In this document: positions 9,025 to 18,363 of the stretch, in pieces
Layout: every line of letters begins with the position of its first letter
Numbering within the stretch: position 1 is the first letter of the stretch
Assembly (NCBI GenBank): GCA_003171295.1
Contig: PMYF01000669.1
Coordinates: 32,653-74,810, forward strand
Length of the DNA: 42,158 nucleotides
From: Acidobacteriota bacterium
GTDB lineage: Bacteria; Acidobacteriota; Terriglobia; UBA7540
Reading direction: 5' to 3'
Made by a program: the position numbers and the translations under genes
Notes under the pieces: generated by a model
Seen by the model: only the letters and a program-made list of their open reading frames with translations
Told to the model about the DNA's origin: nothing
Database searches by the model: none

Positions 9025-11967
9025 CTACCGCCCTGCCCCGGGTGCTGTCGCGGCGTGCCCCATGACCCCCCCGATCGTCTCGGCAGGGTCCCAAGCATCG
9101 ACGGTGAGGTAGGGAGTGCGATTCATGATGTCCGGGTAGTTCACTCCGTTCCCGTCTTCATCGATCGCTTCAAAGTAGTAGAGAATACCTTCCGGAGTAA
9201 GCGGCACACTGGCGCTGTAGCCCGTGCCGCCACGAGGTTGCATCTCGATTTTGAGCCATTCGTACGGTGCGGGCATGCGCTTGTAATACACACGAACCGA
9301 ACTGATCTTGCCCTTTGCCTGTACATCCACGCTCAGAGTGACCGCGTTACTCCGCACACGGCCGGCCGGGGGTGTGTGTGAGATGGCCGGCTTTGAATCG
9401 TTTGCTGTAACGAGAACATGGTACGGGGGTTGGTGTTCGAGCGTGCTCCCATAAGGTCCGAACGGCCCGATATCGCCTTCGAAATAGTACTCGAGATAGC
9501 CGGGGACGACTTGATCCGGGGGGATCTCTCCCACAAAGGTGCGCTCAAACTGATTATCGAGCTTCAGCGGGACCTTCGTGTACCCCGCTTCCTGCGAGTT
9601 ACGATAAAAGAGAAAGATGCCGGTATGTTCCGACTTGCTCGCGTAGGTGGCGGTCACTTTCAGCGCCTCGCCTGGCCGGGTCTTGAAGGGTGGCACGTGC
9701 CCGATGACCGTTTGATACCATTCTGTACCCGGGAGTTGGCGGAATTTCTTTTCGAGGTTGTTGATTTGTTCCCGGTCAACACCCAGGCTTCTGCCTTCAT
9801 CCCGCCAGCGAAATTGGTTGACGCCCATGCGGATCATATCCGGCACGTAGGCATAGTGCTGCTCGGTCACATCTGAGAGTCGATCCCAATCCGCAATGGC
9901 GCGCTCCAGGTCGCTATACGCCTGGCTCAGCTCGGGGTGAGAGTGAGCCTGGTAATAAAACTGCAGGTGCGTGGCGGAGCGGATGCGGTCACCATAGTAG
10001 CGTCCCAGCCAGCCCAAGGCGATGATGTCCTGCCGGATGCAATCGAACTCCTTGGGTGAGGTCGGATTCAGTTTTGCAGCCTCCTCGATGGCGCTCTGCC
10101 CCGCGTCAGCAGCCGCTCCCAGGTAATCCGCGGCTTCCCAGGGATTCAGCTTGCCATTGGCAACGTGCTGCAGGCGATCGTTCACATAATCCCCGGGACC
10201 CGCCATGGCGGTGCGATCGATGGGGCGAATCCGAAGGAAGTCGTCGATGTTTCCATCCGCCGGCACAAACCTGTGTCCCTGCCAGATTTGCTCCCAGGTT
10301 CCTCCAAACCCATGATCGCCATTTTCGAATTCCGGCCCGAACTCCTGATGGTCCATCCCCTGGTTGTGATAGGAGAAAATAAACGGAACAACCTTGCTGC
10401 CTTCCACCACGGCCTGGAAGATTCGGGGCCCCGCCTGCAGCCCGAAGCGGCGCTCAAATTCACTCAACCATACTTGTTCTGGAACGTCCGGGTCGTAGGC
10501 GGTCCTTCCCCAGGTCAGGTGCCACAGCCACTCACGCTCAAACATCCACTTGTAGAAGCTGTGATCCGTCTTGGGGTTATTGTGGAGATAATCCGCGGCT
10601 GGACAATACGCTTCCATAGGCTCCATGGAGAAGCCCACACCGTTTCCAAACTTGCAGCTCCGCACCGTGCGCCGGGCAAATTCCGGGGAGCCCCAGTAGA
10701 AGATCCTATGCGTACCGTGCGCGCGGATTTGCCAGAGGATCGAGTAATTCCGCGGGTAATTGGTATAGTCCTCGTAAGAGCCGCTGGGCGGATAAGCGCG
10801 TCCTCCGATGGCCGCCTGGTAGGGAGAGCCCAACTGCTCACCGTTGTACTTGGGCTCGATATAGAGGTGGTGCCGGGAGGCTGCGGCAAGTTCACGAACC
10901 TTGTGCGGATAGGCAATCCAGGTGCGGGCATAAATGTTCAGGCTTGCCGGGAACGCGTCTAAAGCCGCGAGATACGTCCTCTTAAAGAAATCCTCCGGCT
11001 GCCCCGATTCCCCCACGCGGAAGCCAAACATCCAGAGTTCAGGGAGCTGCTTCAGGAAGCTCGTCACCGCCTGGCGCGTATAATCTTCCAGCCGCGGTCC
11101 TTGCAGAAACTCCTGCTCAACGGGCGCCCAGCGTTCATCTTTCATCCAGTGCCGGGTTTTCCAGGGACCGATGGGCGCCGGCGCTTCGTAGTTCATGTAT
11201 GCGACTTTGATCCCACGGTCGGCCGCCGCGCGCACCATCCAGCGAAAGCGTTCCATATTCTTGCGCGCCCGCTCGGGGCCAACGCCGACGTCGGGGAAAT
11301 CGGGCAAGCTCACGAAATAGGAGAAGCCGTTTGGGAAAGCCAGCGTCACAGCATCGCAAGGACCGTGAATGTCCAGCAGGTTATACCGGTCGCGCGCCAT
11401 CATATCCAGGTAGCCGTTCCAGTATTCGTCCGACCAGAACGCTCCTGCCGGCTCGTCGATGTCCTGAGTGGTGAGGAACATGTTGATGCCGCGCAGTTCG
11501 AGAAAAGGAGACTTGGTGGTTGGCTTGATCTGGCCTGCGATGTCGCCTCCCTTCGCCCAACCAATTTGCTCGGCCAGATCAAAAGCTCCGTACATCGCCC
11601 CGGTCGGGTCACTCCCTTCCACCACAACCCTTTTTCGAGAGGAGACGGAGATAACGTAAGACTCCGGCGACTGCGGCACCGTGGGCCGGTTCCCTTCTAA
11701 CCTACGCAGGTGTGCGTCACCAGGCTGCCCGATGAGGATCTCGATCTCCGCCGATGGAGTGGCCGCTGCGGAGGTCTTGAGGCCCTTGGCTTCGAGGGCT
11801 CGGCGGATCTCCTCCGCACCAAACTTCATCTGGGGAGCCGCCCTTTCGGGGAGCACCAGGCTCACGGGCTGGCTCTTGGGAGCAGCCTTTGCCATGGACA
11901 GAAGGCACATCGCTATGGTTAGAAGTCGAATCAGGTGATGCCGGATAGATCCTGGCAATGTGTTCAT
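9025..11967 (-). CDS. secreted large glycosidase-like protein, copy A. Domain order is an N-terminal alpha/beta domain, a TIM barrel, a helical domain and two beta-sandwich modules (GH67/GH115-like). Family unassigned
   Basis: ATG at 11967 with GGGAGA 8 nt upstream. Signal peptide MNTLPGSIRHHLIRLLTIAMCLLSMAKA. VVVEGSDPTGAMYGAFDLAEQIG matches N-domains of the GH20b/GH67N/GH115 type. LRGINMF...YNLLDIHG...IKVAYMNYEAP...FGFRVGESG looks like barrel strands. WHLTWGRTAYDPDVPEQVWLSEFERRFG is a GH67C-like block. The C-terminal repeats end in LEYYFEGD and ILYYFEAIDEDGNGVNYPD. Confidence 0.8.
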   Translation of the reverse strand: MNTLPGSIRHHLIRLLTIAMCLLSMAKAAPKSQPVSLVLPERAAPQMKFGAEEIRRALEAKGLKTSAAATPSAEIEILIGQPGDAHLRRLEGNRPTVPQSPESYVISVSSRKRVVVEGSDPTGAMYGAFDLAEQIGWAKGGDIAGQIKPTTKSPFLELRGINMFLTTQDIDEPAGAFWSDEYWNGYLDMMARDRYNLLDIHGPCDAVTLAFPNGFSYFVSLPDFPDVGVGPERARKNMERFRWMVRAAADRGIKVAYMNYEAPAPIGPWKTRHWMKDERWAPVEQEFLQGPRLEDYTRQAVTSFLKQLPELWMFGFRVGESGQPEDFFKRTYLAALDAFPASLNIYARTWIAYPHKVRELAAASRHHLYIEPKYNGEQLGSPYQAAIGGRAYPPSGSYEDYTNYPRNYSILWQIRAHGTHRIFYWGSPEFARRTVRSCKFGNGVGFSMEPMEAYCPAADYLHNNPKTDHSFYKWMFEREWLWHLTWGRTAYDPDVPEQVWLSEFERRFGLQAGPRIFQAVVEGSKVVPFIFSYHNQGMDHQEFGPEFENGDHGFGGTWEQIWQGHRFVPADGNIDDFLRIRPIDRTAMAGPGDYVNDRLQHVANGKLNPWEAADYLGAAADAGQSAIEEAAKLNPTSPKEFDCIRQDIIALGWLGRYYGDRIRSATHLQFYYQAHSHPELSQAYSDLERAIADWDRLSDVTEQHYAYVPDMIRMGVNQFRWRDEGRSLGVDREQINNLEKKFRQLPGTEWYQTVIGHVPPFKTRPGEALKVTATYASKSEHTGIFLFYRNSQEAGYTKVPLKLDNQFERTFVGEIPPDQVVPGYLEYYFEGDIGPFGPYGSTLEHQPPYHVLVTANDSKPAISHTPPAGRVRSNAVTLSVDVQAKGKISSVRVYYKRMPAPYEWLKIEMQPRGGTGYSASVPLTPEGILYYFEAIDEDGNGVNYPDIMNRTPYLTVDAWDPAETIGGVMGHAATAPGAGR

Positions 11968-12143
11968 GACCGTTTTCTCCCGCTGGACCAATGATGACGA
12001 CCTCGGTGTACCGTACTCGGGAAAGAAATGCTTCCAGGCAGATCAGCCAGTCTCTTAGAACCCACCTGGTTCAAAGCCGGATGTCTTCACGCGAACCGAG
12101 AGCATCACTGGCCGCGACGCGTTTCGAACAATCCGGCGCCTCG

Positions 12144-14135
12144 CTAATCCTTCTTCGGCTTGACGTAGCGCTCCACCGTAACCGCAGTCGGGGCAGCCAG
12201 GGCAGTCAGCCGATCCAGATCAAACTGCTTATAGAGGTCCAGGCAGAACAGTTCGGGCGCCTCCCAGAAGTTCACCGGAGCCTCCAGCAGGTAGCCCAGG
12301 CTGGGCATGCCTTCATGCACGACGACGCTTGAAAACAGATTCGGCTCCAGAGCGGAGGCGACGAGCGCTGCCACCTGACTGCGGATTCCCGTGGCCTCCA
12401 GCCGGATCTTTTGGGAACTGCCTGTCTTTTGAAACCAGTGTGCGATCTCAACCAGTTGGGCGGACCTCATTCCGAGCGGGCGGTCCCCCAGTCCGTGGAA
12501 AATCTGCACGTAGCCCGGGCCGAGGTCCTTCCAGGCATCACCTGAAAACAAGAGGTCGACGGCCAGCACTTGCTCACCTCGATTGACACGCTCTGCAACC
12601 TCCGCACCCGCCCCCTTCTTCCCCTTGTCGCTGAGCACGATAGTCAAGGGAGAGTTGTCCGGACCATGGATAACTTTAAGCCAAACCGCGTCAGCATTGA
12701 GGCCGTTGCTCATCAGGAACAGGTAGGATTTTGTCTCTACCCCATTATGCTTGGTATTGGCAACCACCCAGGTACTGGTGATGCTCGTCGCCTTGGAGCG
12801 AACTACGCTGGCTAGCTTTTGCCGCTCAGCCGCAGCCCATGCCCCGGAACTTGCCGAATCCGCCGGAGCTTCTGCCCGTGTGATTTGCCGCCCAACTCTC
12901 TGCGCCAATCCCAGGATCGTGAGGTTATCTTTGGGAAGACCTACGACCAGATCGTCATAGCTCTTGATTTCCTGCGCCACCCCCGCCTCGCTATCGATGG
13001 GAGGAAGGTCGAATTGCTTGCTCAGGAAAGCGTAGGCGCTGAGACGGTTGTCAAGCTGGTAGTTGTGGCTTCCCGGGTCCCGGTTCTCATGCCACTGGAG
13101 GTCGCTTTCTTTCCCGTACAGCCGGAAAAAGGGTTTAGTCCCTTCGAAGACAAGAGGCTTAACCAAGGGCGCACGGAAGCAACAGTCATCTTCAGCGTTG
13201 TACACCAACAGCATGGGGCGCGGCGCCATTAAAGCTGCCAAGTGCGTGTAATCCCGGCCATCGTAGAGATCGGTGGCGGACTGCTCAACATCGCCCAGGT
13301 CACCATAAGCCTTCACTTCCACCCGTGTGCGGATTGAGGAAAAGCCCGCGACGGGGATGGAAACCCTCACCCTTTCGTCCAAGGCGCTTAACAGAATCGT
13401 TTGCCAGCCGCCCCCCGAAAGGCCGGTAACCGCCAGTCGGTTGCGGTCAACATGGGGGTGGTCATAGAGATAGTCAAGGCCCCTCCGCATGGCAAGGTAG
13501 AACAACCCCATTTCGTTCATGCCGACCAGGTCGAGGTGGGCTCCGAACCAGTGCTCGTTTCCACGCGCGGCCAACTCCCCAAAAGAGAACCACTCCAAAT
13601 TCAAGGCCAGCATGCCGTGCTTGGCCATCGCGATGCACCGCTTCTGCTTGAACTCCACGGCCTTGCCTGGTGCCCCCACGTGCCCATGCACGTTCAGGAC
13701 GGCCGGAACCTTGCCCTGGAGATTCTCCGGCTCATAGAGAATGGCCGTGGATTGAAAGCCTGGCACGATTTCGTAGCGCAGCTTGCGGAGCTTGTAGCCT
13801 TTGCCACCTTCGATCACGCCCAGGTCTTCGAACTTCGAAGGTGAGTTCACCCACTCTTTGGGCCAGCCGTGATAAGCCACGTCCAGCATTTGCTGGCGCA
13901 ATTTCTGAGCCTGGGCAGTCCACTGCTCGGCGCTGGTCGCGACCGGTGGGGGGGCGACCCGATTCACCAAGTACTGGCGCACCTGGAACCCGGCAACAGC
14001 CGGTGGGATGATTTCGTCCCCCAAAATAGGCCCGAGCGTTTCAGAGTCAGTCTGGGCAAAAGCCAAACCCGCGATGACGTGCATCAGAATAACTGCCAAT
14101 GAATACTGTTTCAAAATAGGCAATACCATACGCAT
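12144..14135 (-). CDS. secreted two-lobed alpha/beta-hydrolase (carbohydrate-esterase-like), copy A
   Basis: ATG at 14135 with GGGGAGG 6 nt upstream. Signal MRMVLPILKQYSLAVILMHVIAGLAFAQ. Nucleophile elbow VTGLSGGGWQT, with candidate acid and His in NAEDD and DPGSHNY. The C-terminal ~270 aa look like a second hydrolase-fold lobe (TIVLSDKGKKG...VLAVDLLFSGD...IRLEATGIRSQVAALVASAL) that lacks a Ser. Confidence 0.8.
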   Translation of the reverse strand: MRMVLPILKQYSLAVILMHVIAGLAFAQTDSETLGPILGDEIIPPAVAGFQVRQYLVNRVAPPPVATSAEQWTAQAQKLRQQMLDVAYHGWPKEWVNSPSKFEDLGVIEGGKGYKLRKLRYEIVPGFQSTAILYEPENLQGKVPAVLNVHGHVGAPGKAVEFKQKRCIAMAKHGMLALNLEWFSFGELAARGNEHWFGAHLDLVGMNEMGLFYLAMRRGLDYLYDHPHVDRNRLAVTGLSGGGWQTILLSALDERVRVSIPVAGFSSIRTRVEVKAYGDLGDVEQSATDLYDGRDYTHLAALMAPRPMLLVYNAEDDCCFRAPLVKPLVFEGTKPFFRLYGKESDLQWHENRDPGSHNYQLDNRLSAYAFLSKQFDLPPIDSEAGVAQEIKSYDDLVVGLPKDNLTILGLAQRVGRQITRAEAPADSASSGAWAAAERQKLASVVRSKATSITSTWVVANTKHNGVETKSYLFLMSNGLNADAVWLKVIHGPDNSPLTIVLSDKGKKGAGAEVAERVNRGEQVLAVDLLFSGDAWKDLGPGYVQIFHGLGDRPLGMRSAQLVEIAHWFQKTGSSQKIRLEATGIRSQVAALVASALEPNLFSSVVVHEGMPSLGYLLEAPVNFWEAPELFCLDLYKQFDLDRLTALAAPTAVTVERYVKPKKD

Positions 14136-14350
14136 GCGAACCTCCCCTCTCAAGTGGACTCCCCAGAATGCGAACCTTCCCGGCAATTTGGCTGCTCCTC
14201 CGCTTGCTTATGAAGGTTCAACCTGCCGCTTCATGGTGCTTTGCCGTTGACACGGATTCCAAACAAGGTGCCGGCCTGCTGAGAGGCCAGCCGAAACGAA
14301 TGACCGGGGCAATGCCCTGCGCCAGGAGGCCACTCCCCACTCGTGCGGGC

Positions 14351-14404
14351 CAAAAAGCTGGCGCTCACGGGATTCTCGGATCTGGATCAAATCCCGTGAG
14401 CGCC
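14351..14404 (-). terminator. intrinsic terminator downstream of the TonB-dependent receptor gene
   Basis: Perfect 15-bp stem (14360-14374 GGCGCTCACGGGATT pairs with 14390-14404 AATCCCGTGAGCGCC) and a 15-nt loop. On the minus strand it is followed by AGCTTTTTGG. A second perfect 9-bp hairpin (14430-14438 pairs with 14447-14455) lies 18 nt after the stop codon. Confidence 0.6.
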
Positions 14405-14472
14405 ATGGTGGTCCAGATTGGTAGGCGCAGGTGCCGTCCCTTGCGAGACGGCACCCACGGTTGGAGTTAGTG

Positions 14473-17400
14473 CTAGAAAGTCACCTTACCCCCAAGTTGG
14501 ATATTGCGCGGGGTAGTGACGGCCCCGGTGACTTCGCCGAAGTACGGGCTCGCCAGATCGTTGTAGAACGCCCCGCCTTGGCCCCAGGTTGTACCCTGCG
14601 AGAAAACGTGCCAGTTCCACAGGTTGAACATTTCCGCACGGATCTGGAATTTCACACGCTCCGTAATCGAAAAGGTCTTCTCGAGACTCACATCATGGTT
14701 GTGGAAACCAAAGCCCCGGAAGTTCGTTACCCGCGGTCCTTGGCCCGGGTTGAAGGCAAACACGCCATTGTTGGTGCCATTCTCGAAAGCAGCTGCGTTC
14801 AACAAGGGTTGGTGCTGGTCGCCGCCGGGACTAAAGCTTCCCTTGCTTTGCGCAAAGGGATTCGATCCCGGGATGAGCCCTGGTTCGCATCCCATATAGA
14901 ACTGCCCCGGAATGTTGCACTGGCTTGAGTAAATGCTGAAAGGTATGGCTGATTGGGCGCGGAAGATGCTGGTTAGCTGCCAGCCTCCCACGGCCTTGTT
15001 GAGGACAGCACCCTCAAATCCACTCCGGCTCAAGAAGCGCTTCCCCTTCCCAAAGGGTAGCTGATAGACAAGCGCAATTGACAGGGTGTCGGGGACATCC
15101 TGCAGGTCCAGGGACTTGTTGCGGTTCCTCTGATACGGCGAAAACTCCGTTCCATTCCAATTCGTCGAATTCGCCTGGATGTCGGCATTGGTGCTGATGT
15201 ATTTGCTGTGGGTGTACGAGGTCATCATCCAGAGCCCATGCCCGAAGCGCTTTTCGACCTTGAGTTGGAATGATTCGTAACTCGAGTTCCCGGCGTTTTC
15301 GTTATTGGGATTCAGGGAGCCGCAAAATTGCGGATAGGGGACAAGCGCTTGGGCCACGCTGGGAGAGCATTGCCCGTTCGTCATCTGCTCCACCCAGCCC
15401 GCATAGGGGATGCTCACGCCGTCCTTCACAGTGTCACCCGGCTGGAACTGGTCGTACAGCGCGGTCCCTTTGGAAAGCAGACTGGGATCCAATACGTTGA
15501 TGGGGAGCATCCAGGAAATGACGTGCGTCCCTTTGTTGGCCACGTATGCCCCGGTGACGTACAAGTCATTCGTAAATTGATGCTCAATTGTAAGGTTCCA
15601 CTGCTGCATGTTGGGAGGACGACCCGGCGCGAATTCGCGGTACAAACCCGGACTCTTGCCGTTGTCGAAGCCCAGAGAGTAGAAGGGCGGCAGTTGACCG
15701 AGGTTCTTCCCGTTAAATCCATCGGTGAGAAGACCCTCGGGGGTTATGCCACCATTCTGGGATGAAAACTGAACGGTGCTGTTGAAACCGTCACGGCCGC
15801 CACTGACTCCCGAATTCCAACCGGGGTACATCAGGAGTTGGTAAAAGATGCCGTACCCGGTGCGAATGACGGTCTTGGGAGTCAGGGAATAGGCAAAACC
15901 GATGCGCGGCGCAACACCTTTATACCAGATTGATTCAGGATACGCCCGGCCCAGAGATGCCCCGCCTGCCGTGCCGCCTGCAAAGACCAAAGCTCCCGGC
16001 AGACCTCCCGCATCAGGGTTTGCCAGATTGGGGTCAATCAGGGACATGTGATTGTACTTCTCCCTGGTTGGCGCGGAAATATCCCACCGGACACCGTAAT
16101 TGAAAGTTAACTTGGGGTTGATCTTGTAAGTATCGCTGGCATACATGGCAAGATACTTCTGGCGGATGTACTGAGAGGGGAGGGTCAGGATAGACTCGTT
16201 GAGTGTTCCGACATACCCCAGGAGGAAACTGGCCATTCCATTGCCGCTCTTCCCACCCAGCAGCCCGGTGTTGAGCGCGGAGAAGGAAGCGGAGCCTGGT
16301 TCGCCAAAGTCGCTCCTCTCCTTATCCTGCAAGGCGCGCCATTCTGTGCCGATTGAAACGTTGTGCCGCCCCTTTACCCAGGTTACATGGTCGTTAGCAA
16401 TGTAAGCGGGCCGGGTGGTCTCGCCGTTGCCATTGCATCCGAATCCGTAGTAGCCATCAATCCCGATGGTGGGAGGGAAGGCGTTGCTGCGAGCCCCTGG
16501 AATGCCGGGAATGACGTTGGCATAGGGTGCGTCACTGCACACGATCACCGAAAGGATGTCGTTATATCCGAGGTTGAAGTTGTTCAACAGGTTCGGCCGC
16601 AGCGTATGGTCCCAGTTCAACCGGTTGGCAAAATCGTAGTTGGGCTGGCGGAAGGAGTTGGGATCGATGCGCTTGTCGAAGATTGTCTGATTGTTTCCGA
16701 AAGAGCCAAAATAGTGAATCACCACAGAAACGTGGTCACTGTCACCGACGTAGTGATCGGCGCGAATGTCGATCACCGTGCTGTCCGCGTTGACCGACCC
16801 TGTGGGAGGATTGGGCGGCGTGTAATTGTTTAAGATCCCTGGCAAGTTTGGCGCCGGCAAGTACTTGAGCCAGCTCTGGGCCGGGGAAGCCGCGAGACGT
16901 GGATCGGTAGAGCAGATCACATTGGGTTGGGAGCCCCCACAACCCATGAATTGGTCCCGCAGAAAAGGATTGTTCGCTAAGCTGAGGGTTGCATTCGGGT
17001 CGTAGTTAGGATTGACCCGGGTCGTGGCGGGGTCAAAAATAGGGATGAGGTTCCCCTCGGCATCTTTATAATCGGTGAAGTCACCCTGCCGTTCTTGCAT
17101 CGTGGGGATGGTTTCCTTGGGAGCCGTTACAGAGCCACGCAGACGGAAGCCTTCATAGTTCAGAAATGCATAAGTTTTCTTTCGGCCCGACCAGGCAAGC
17201 CACGGGATCTTGATGGGGCCGCCAATGGTCGCGCCAAAGTCACTTTCGTTATCCTTCGGCCGGCCCGGAACGCCCCATTGCCGCGCATTCAGAGCGCGGT
17301 TGCGAGCTAAGAAGTAGGCGGAGCCGTGCCAGGTGTCTGTTCCCGACTTGGTGACCGCGGTGAGGACTGAGGAGGAGGCGCCGCCGAACTGCGCGTCGTA

Positions 17401-18102
17401 ATTCGCGGTCAGCAGGGTGATTTCCTGAATCGCTTCAGGCGAGAAAGGGTGGCCGGTTACGCCCAGTTCGATGCCGTTCTGTCCGAGTGAGCCATCGATA
17501 ATGGAGGCGCCATCCAGTATGGCTTCGTCGCCTTCGTTGATGCCACCGTTGACACGCGTGTTGAAGTTGAGGTGGTCCTCGTCTCCGCCGGTGGTCACAC
17601 CTGGAAGCAGGCGGGCAAAAGCCACCGCCGAGCGCGTGTGCCCAGACAGAATCAAAGGCAGTTGTTCGAGGTTCTGCGGGGCAATTGTCCCTTTCTGCTC
17701 CGGATTGTCAAAATTGAGGGGCGAGGCATTTGCCTGTACCTCCACTGTCTGAGATGCCGTTCCCAGCTCCAGCTTCAAGTCCAAACGAACCGAGGTGGCA
17801 ACGTTGAGCAGAATTCCTTTCTGCTCGTAGTCACGAAAACCCTTGGCGGCGACCAAGAGGTCATAAGCACCCGGCATTAAGTTCTGATACGAGTAGAGGC
17901 CATCCGAGCCTGTTGTGGTCTTGGTCACGGCCCCAGTGGCCAGCGCCCGAAGCGTCAATTGGGCATTCGGAACCACTGCCGCGCTCGGATCACTTACCGT
18001 TCCACTGATGGAACCTCGTAAAGCCTGTCCCCACATGATGGAAGGAACAAGCAGAAACCCTGCGACTAGAAACAGCAGATAAGTCCTGCAATGTCGATGC
18101 AT
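14473..18102 (-). CDS. TonB-dependent outer-membrane receptor with an N-terminal carboxypeptidase-regulatory-like domain
   Basis: ATG at 18102 with GAGAGGAGAC 8 nt upstream. Signal MHRHCRTYLLFLVAGFLLVPSIMWGQA. CarboxypepD_reg-like module GSISGTVSDPSAAVVPNAQLTL..GSDGLYSYQNLMPGAYDLLVAAKGF. The 1209-aa product is rich in G/N/Y beta-strand sequence. The C-terminus NIQLGGKVTF ends in Phe, as is typical of OM barrels. Confidence 0.85.
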   Translation of the reverse strand: MHRHCRTYLLFLVAGFLLVPSIMWGQALRGSISGTVSDPSAAVVPNAQLTLRALATGAVTKTTTGSDGLYSYQNLMPGAYDLLVAAKGFRDYEQKGILLNVATSVRLDLKLELGTASQTVEVQANASPLNFDNPEQKGTIAPQNLEQLPLILSGHTRSAVAFARLLPGVTTGGDEDHLNFNTRVNGGINEGDEAILDGASIIDGSLGQNGIELGVTGHPFSPEAIQEITLLTANYDAQFGGASSSVLTAVTKSGTDTWHGSAYFLARNRALNARQWGVPGRPKDNESDFGATIGGPIKIPWLAWSGRKKTYAFLNYEGFRLRGSVTAPKETIPTMQERQGDFTDYKDAEGNLIPIFDPATTRVNPNYDPNATLSLANNPFLRDQFMGCGGSQPNVICSTDPRLAASPAQSWLKYLPAPNLPGILNNYTPPNPPTGSVNADSTVIDIRADHYVGDSDHVSVVIHYFGSFGNNQTIFDKRIDPNSFRQPNYDFANRLNWDHTLRPNLLNNFNLGYNDILSVIVCSDAPYANVIPGIPGARSNAFPPTIGIDGYYGFGCNGNGETTRPAYIANDHVTWVKGRHNVSIGTEWRALQDKERSDFGEPGSASFSALNTGLLGGKSGNGMASFLLGYVGTLNESILTLPSQYIRQKYLAMYASDTYKINPKLTFNYGVRWDISAPTREKYNHMSLIDPNLANPDAGGLPGALVFAGGTAGGASLGRAYPESIWYKGVAPRIGFAYSLTPKTVIRTGYGIFYQLLMYPGWNSGVSGGRDGFNSTVQFSSQNGGITPEGLLTDGFNGKNLGQLPPFYSLGFDNGKSPGLYREFAPGRPPNMQQWNLTIEHQFTNDLYVTGAYVANKGTHVISWMLPINVLDPSLLSKGTALYDQFQPGDTVKDGVSIPYAGWVEQMTNGQCSPSVAQALVPYPQFCGSLNPNNENAGNSSYESFQLKVEKRFGHGLWMMTSYTHSKYISTNADIQANSTNWNGTEFSPYQRNRNKSLDLQDVPDTLSIALVYQLPFGKGKRFLSRSGFEGAVLNKAVGGWQLTSIFRAQSAIPFSIYSSQCNIPGQFYMGCEPGLIPGSNPFAQSKGSFSPGGDQHQPLLNAAAFENGTNNGVFAFNPGQGPRVTNFRGFGFHNHDVSLEKTFSITERVKFQIRAEMFNLWNWHVFSQGTTWGQGGAFYNDLASPYFGEVTGAVTTPRNIQLGGKVTF

Positions 18103-18363
18103 TTTGGAAAGTCTCCTCTCTGAAGCCCGACGAGACACGTAAGAGTAATGACTGCAGCGCTGCCTATCAACTTGACTGGTTCGGTCTAACGGCGATCTCC
18201 GACCCACCTTTCGTCCTGCTTTTCAGACTCCTGCCAATTGCCGATCTCATTGATCCGTTCGCTCAGGTTTTACCCTTCAGGCACGCTCGGTGGGCGAAGT
18301 AAAGCATGCTCGGTGCAACGTGTCAAGCGATTTTTCAGGCAATCTTGCCGATAGAGAACAGGT

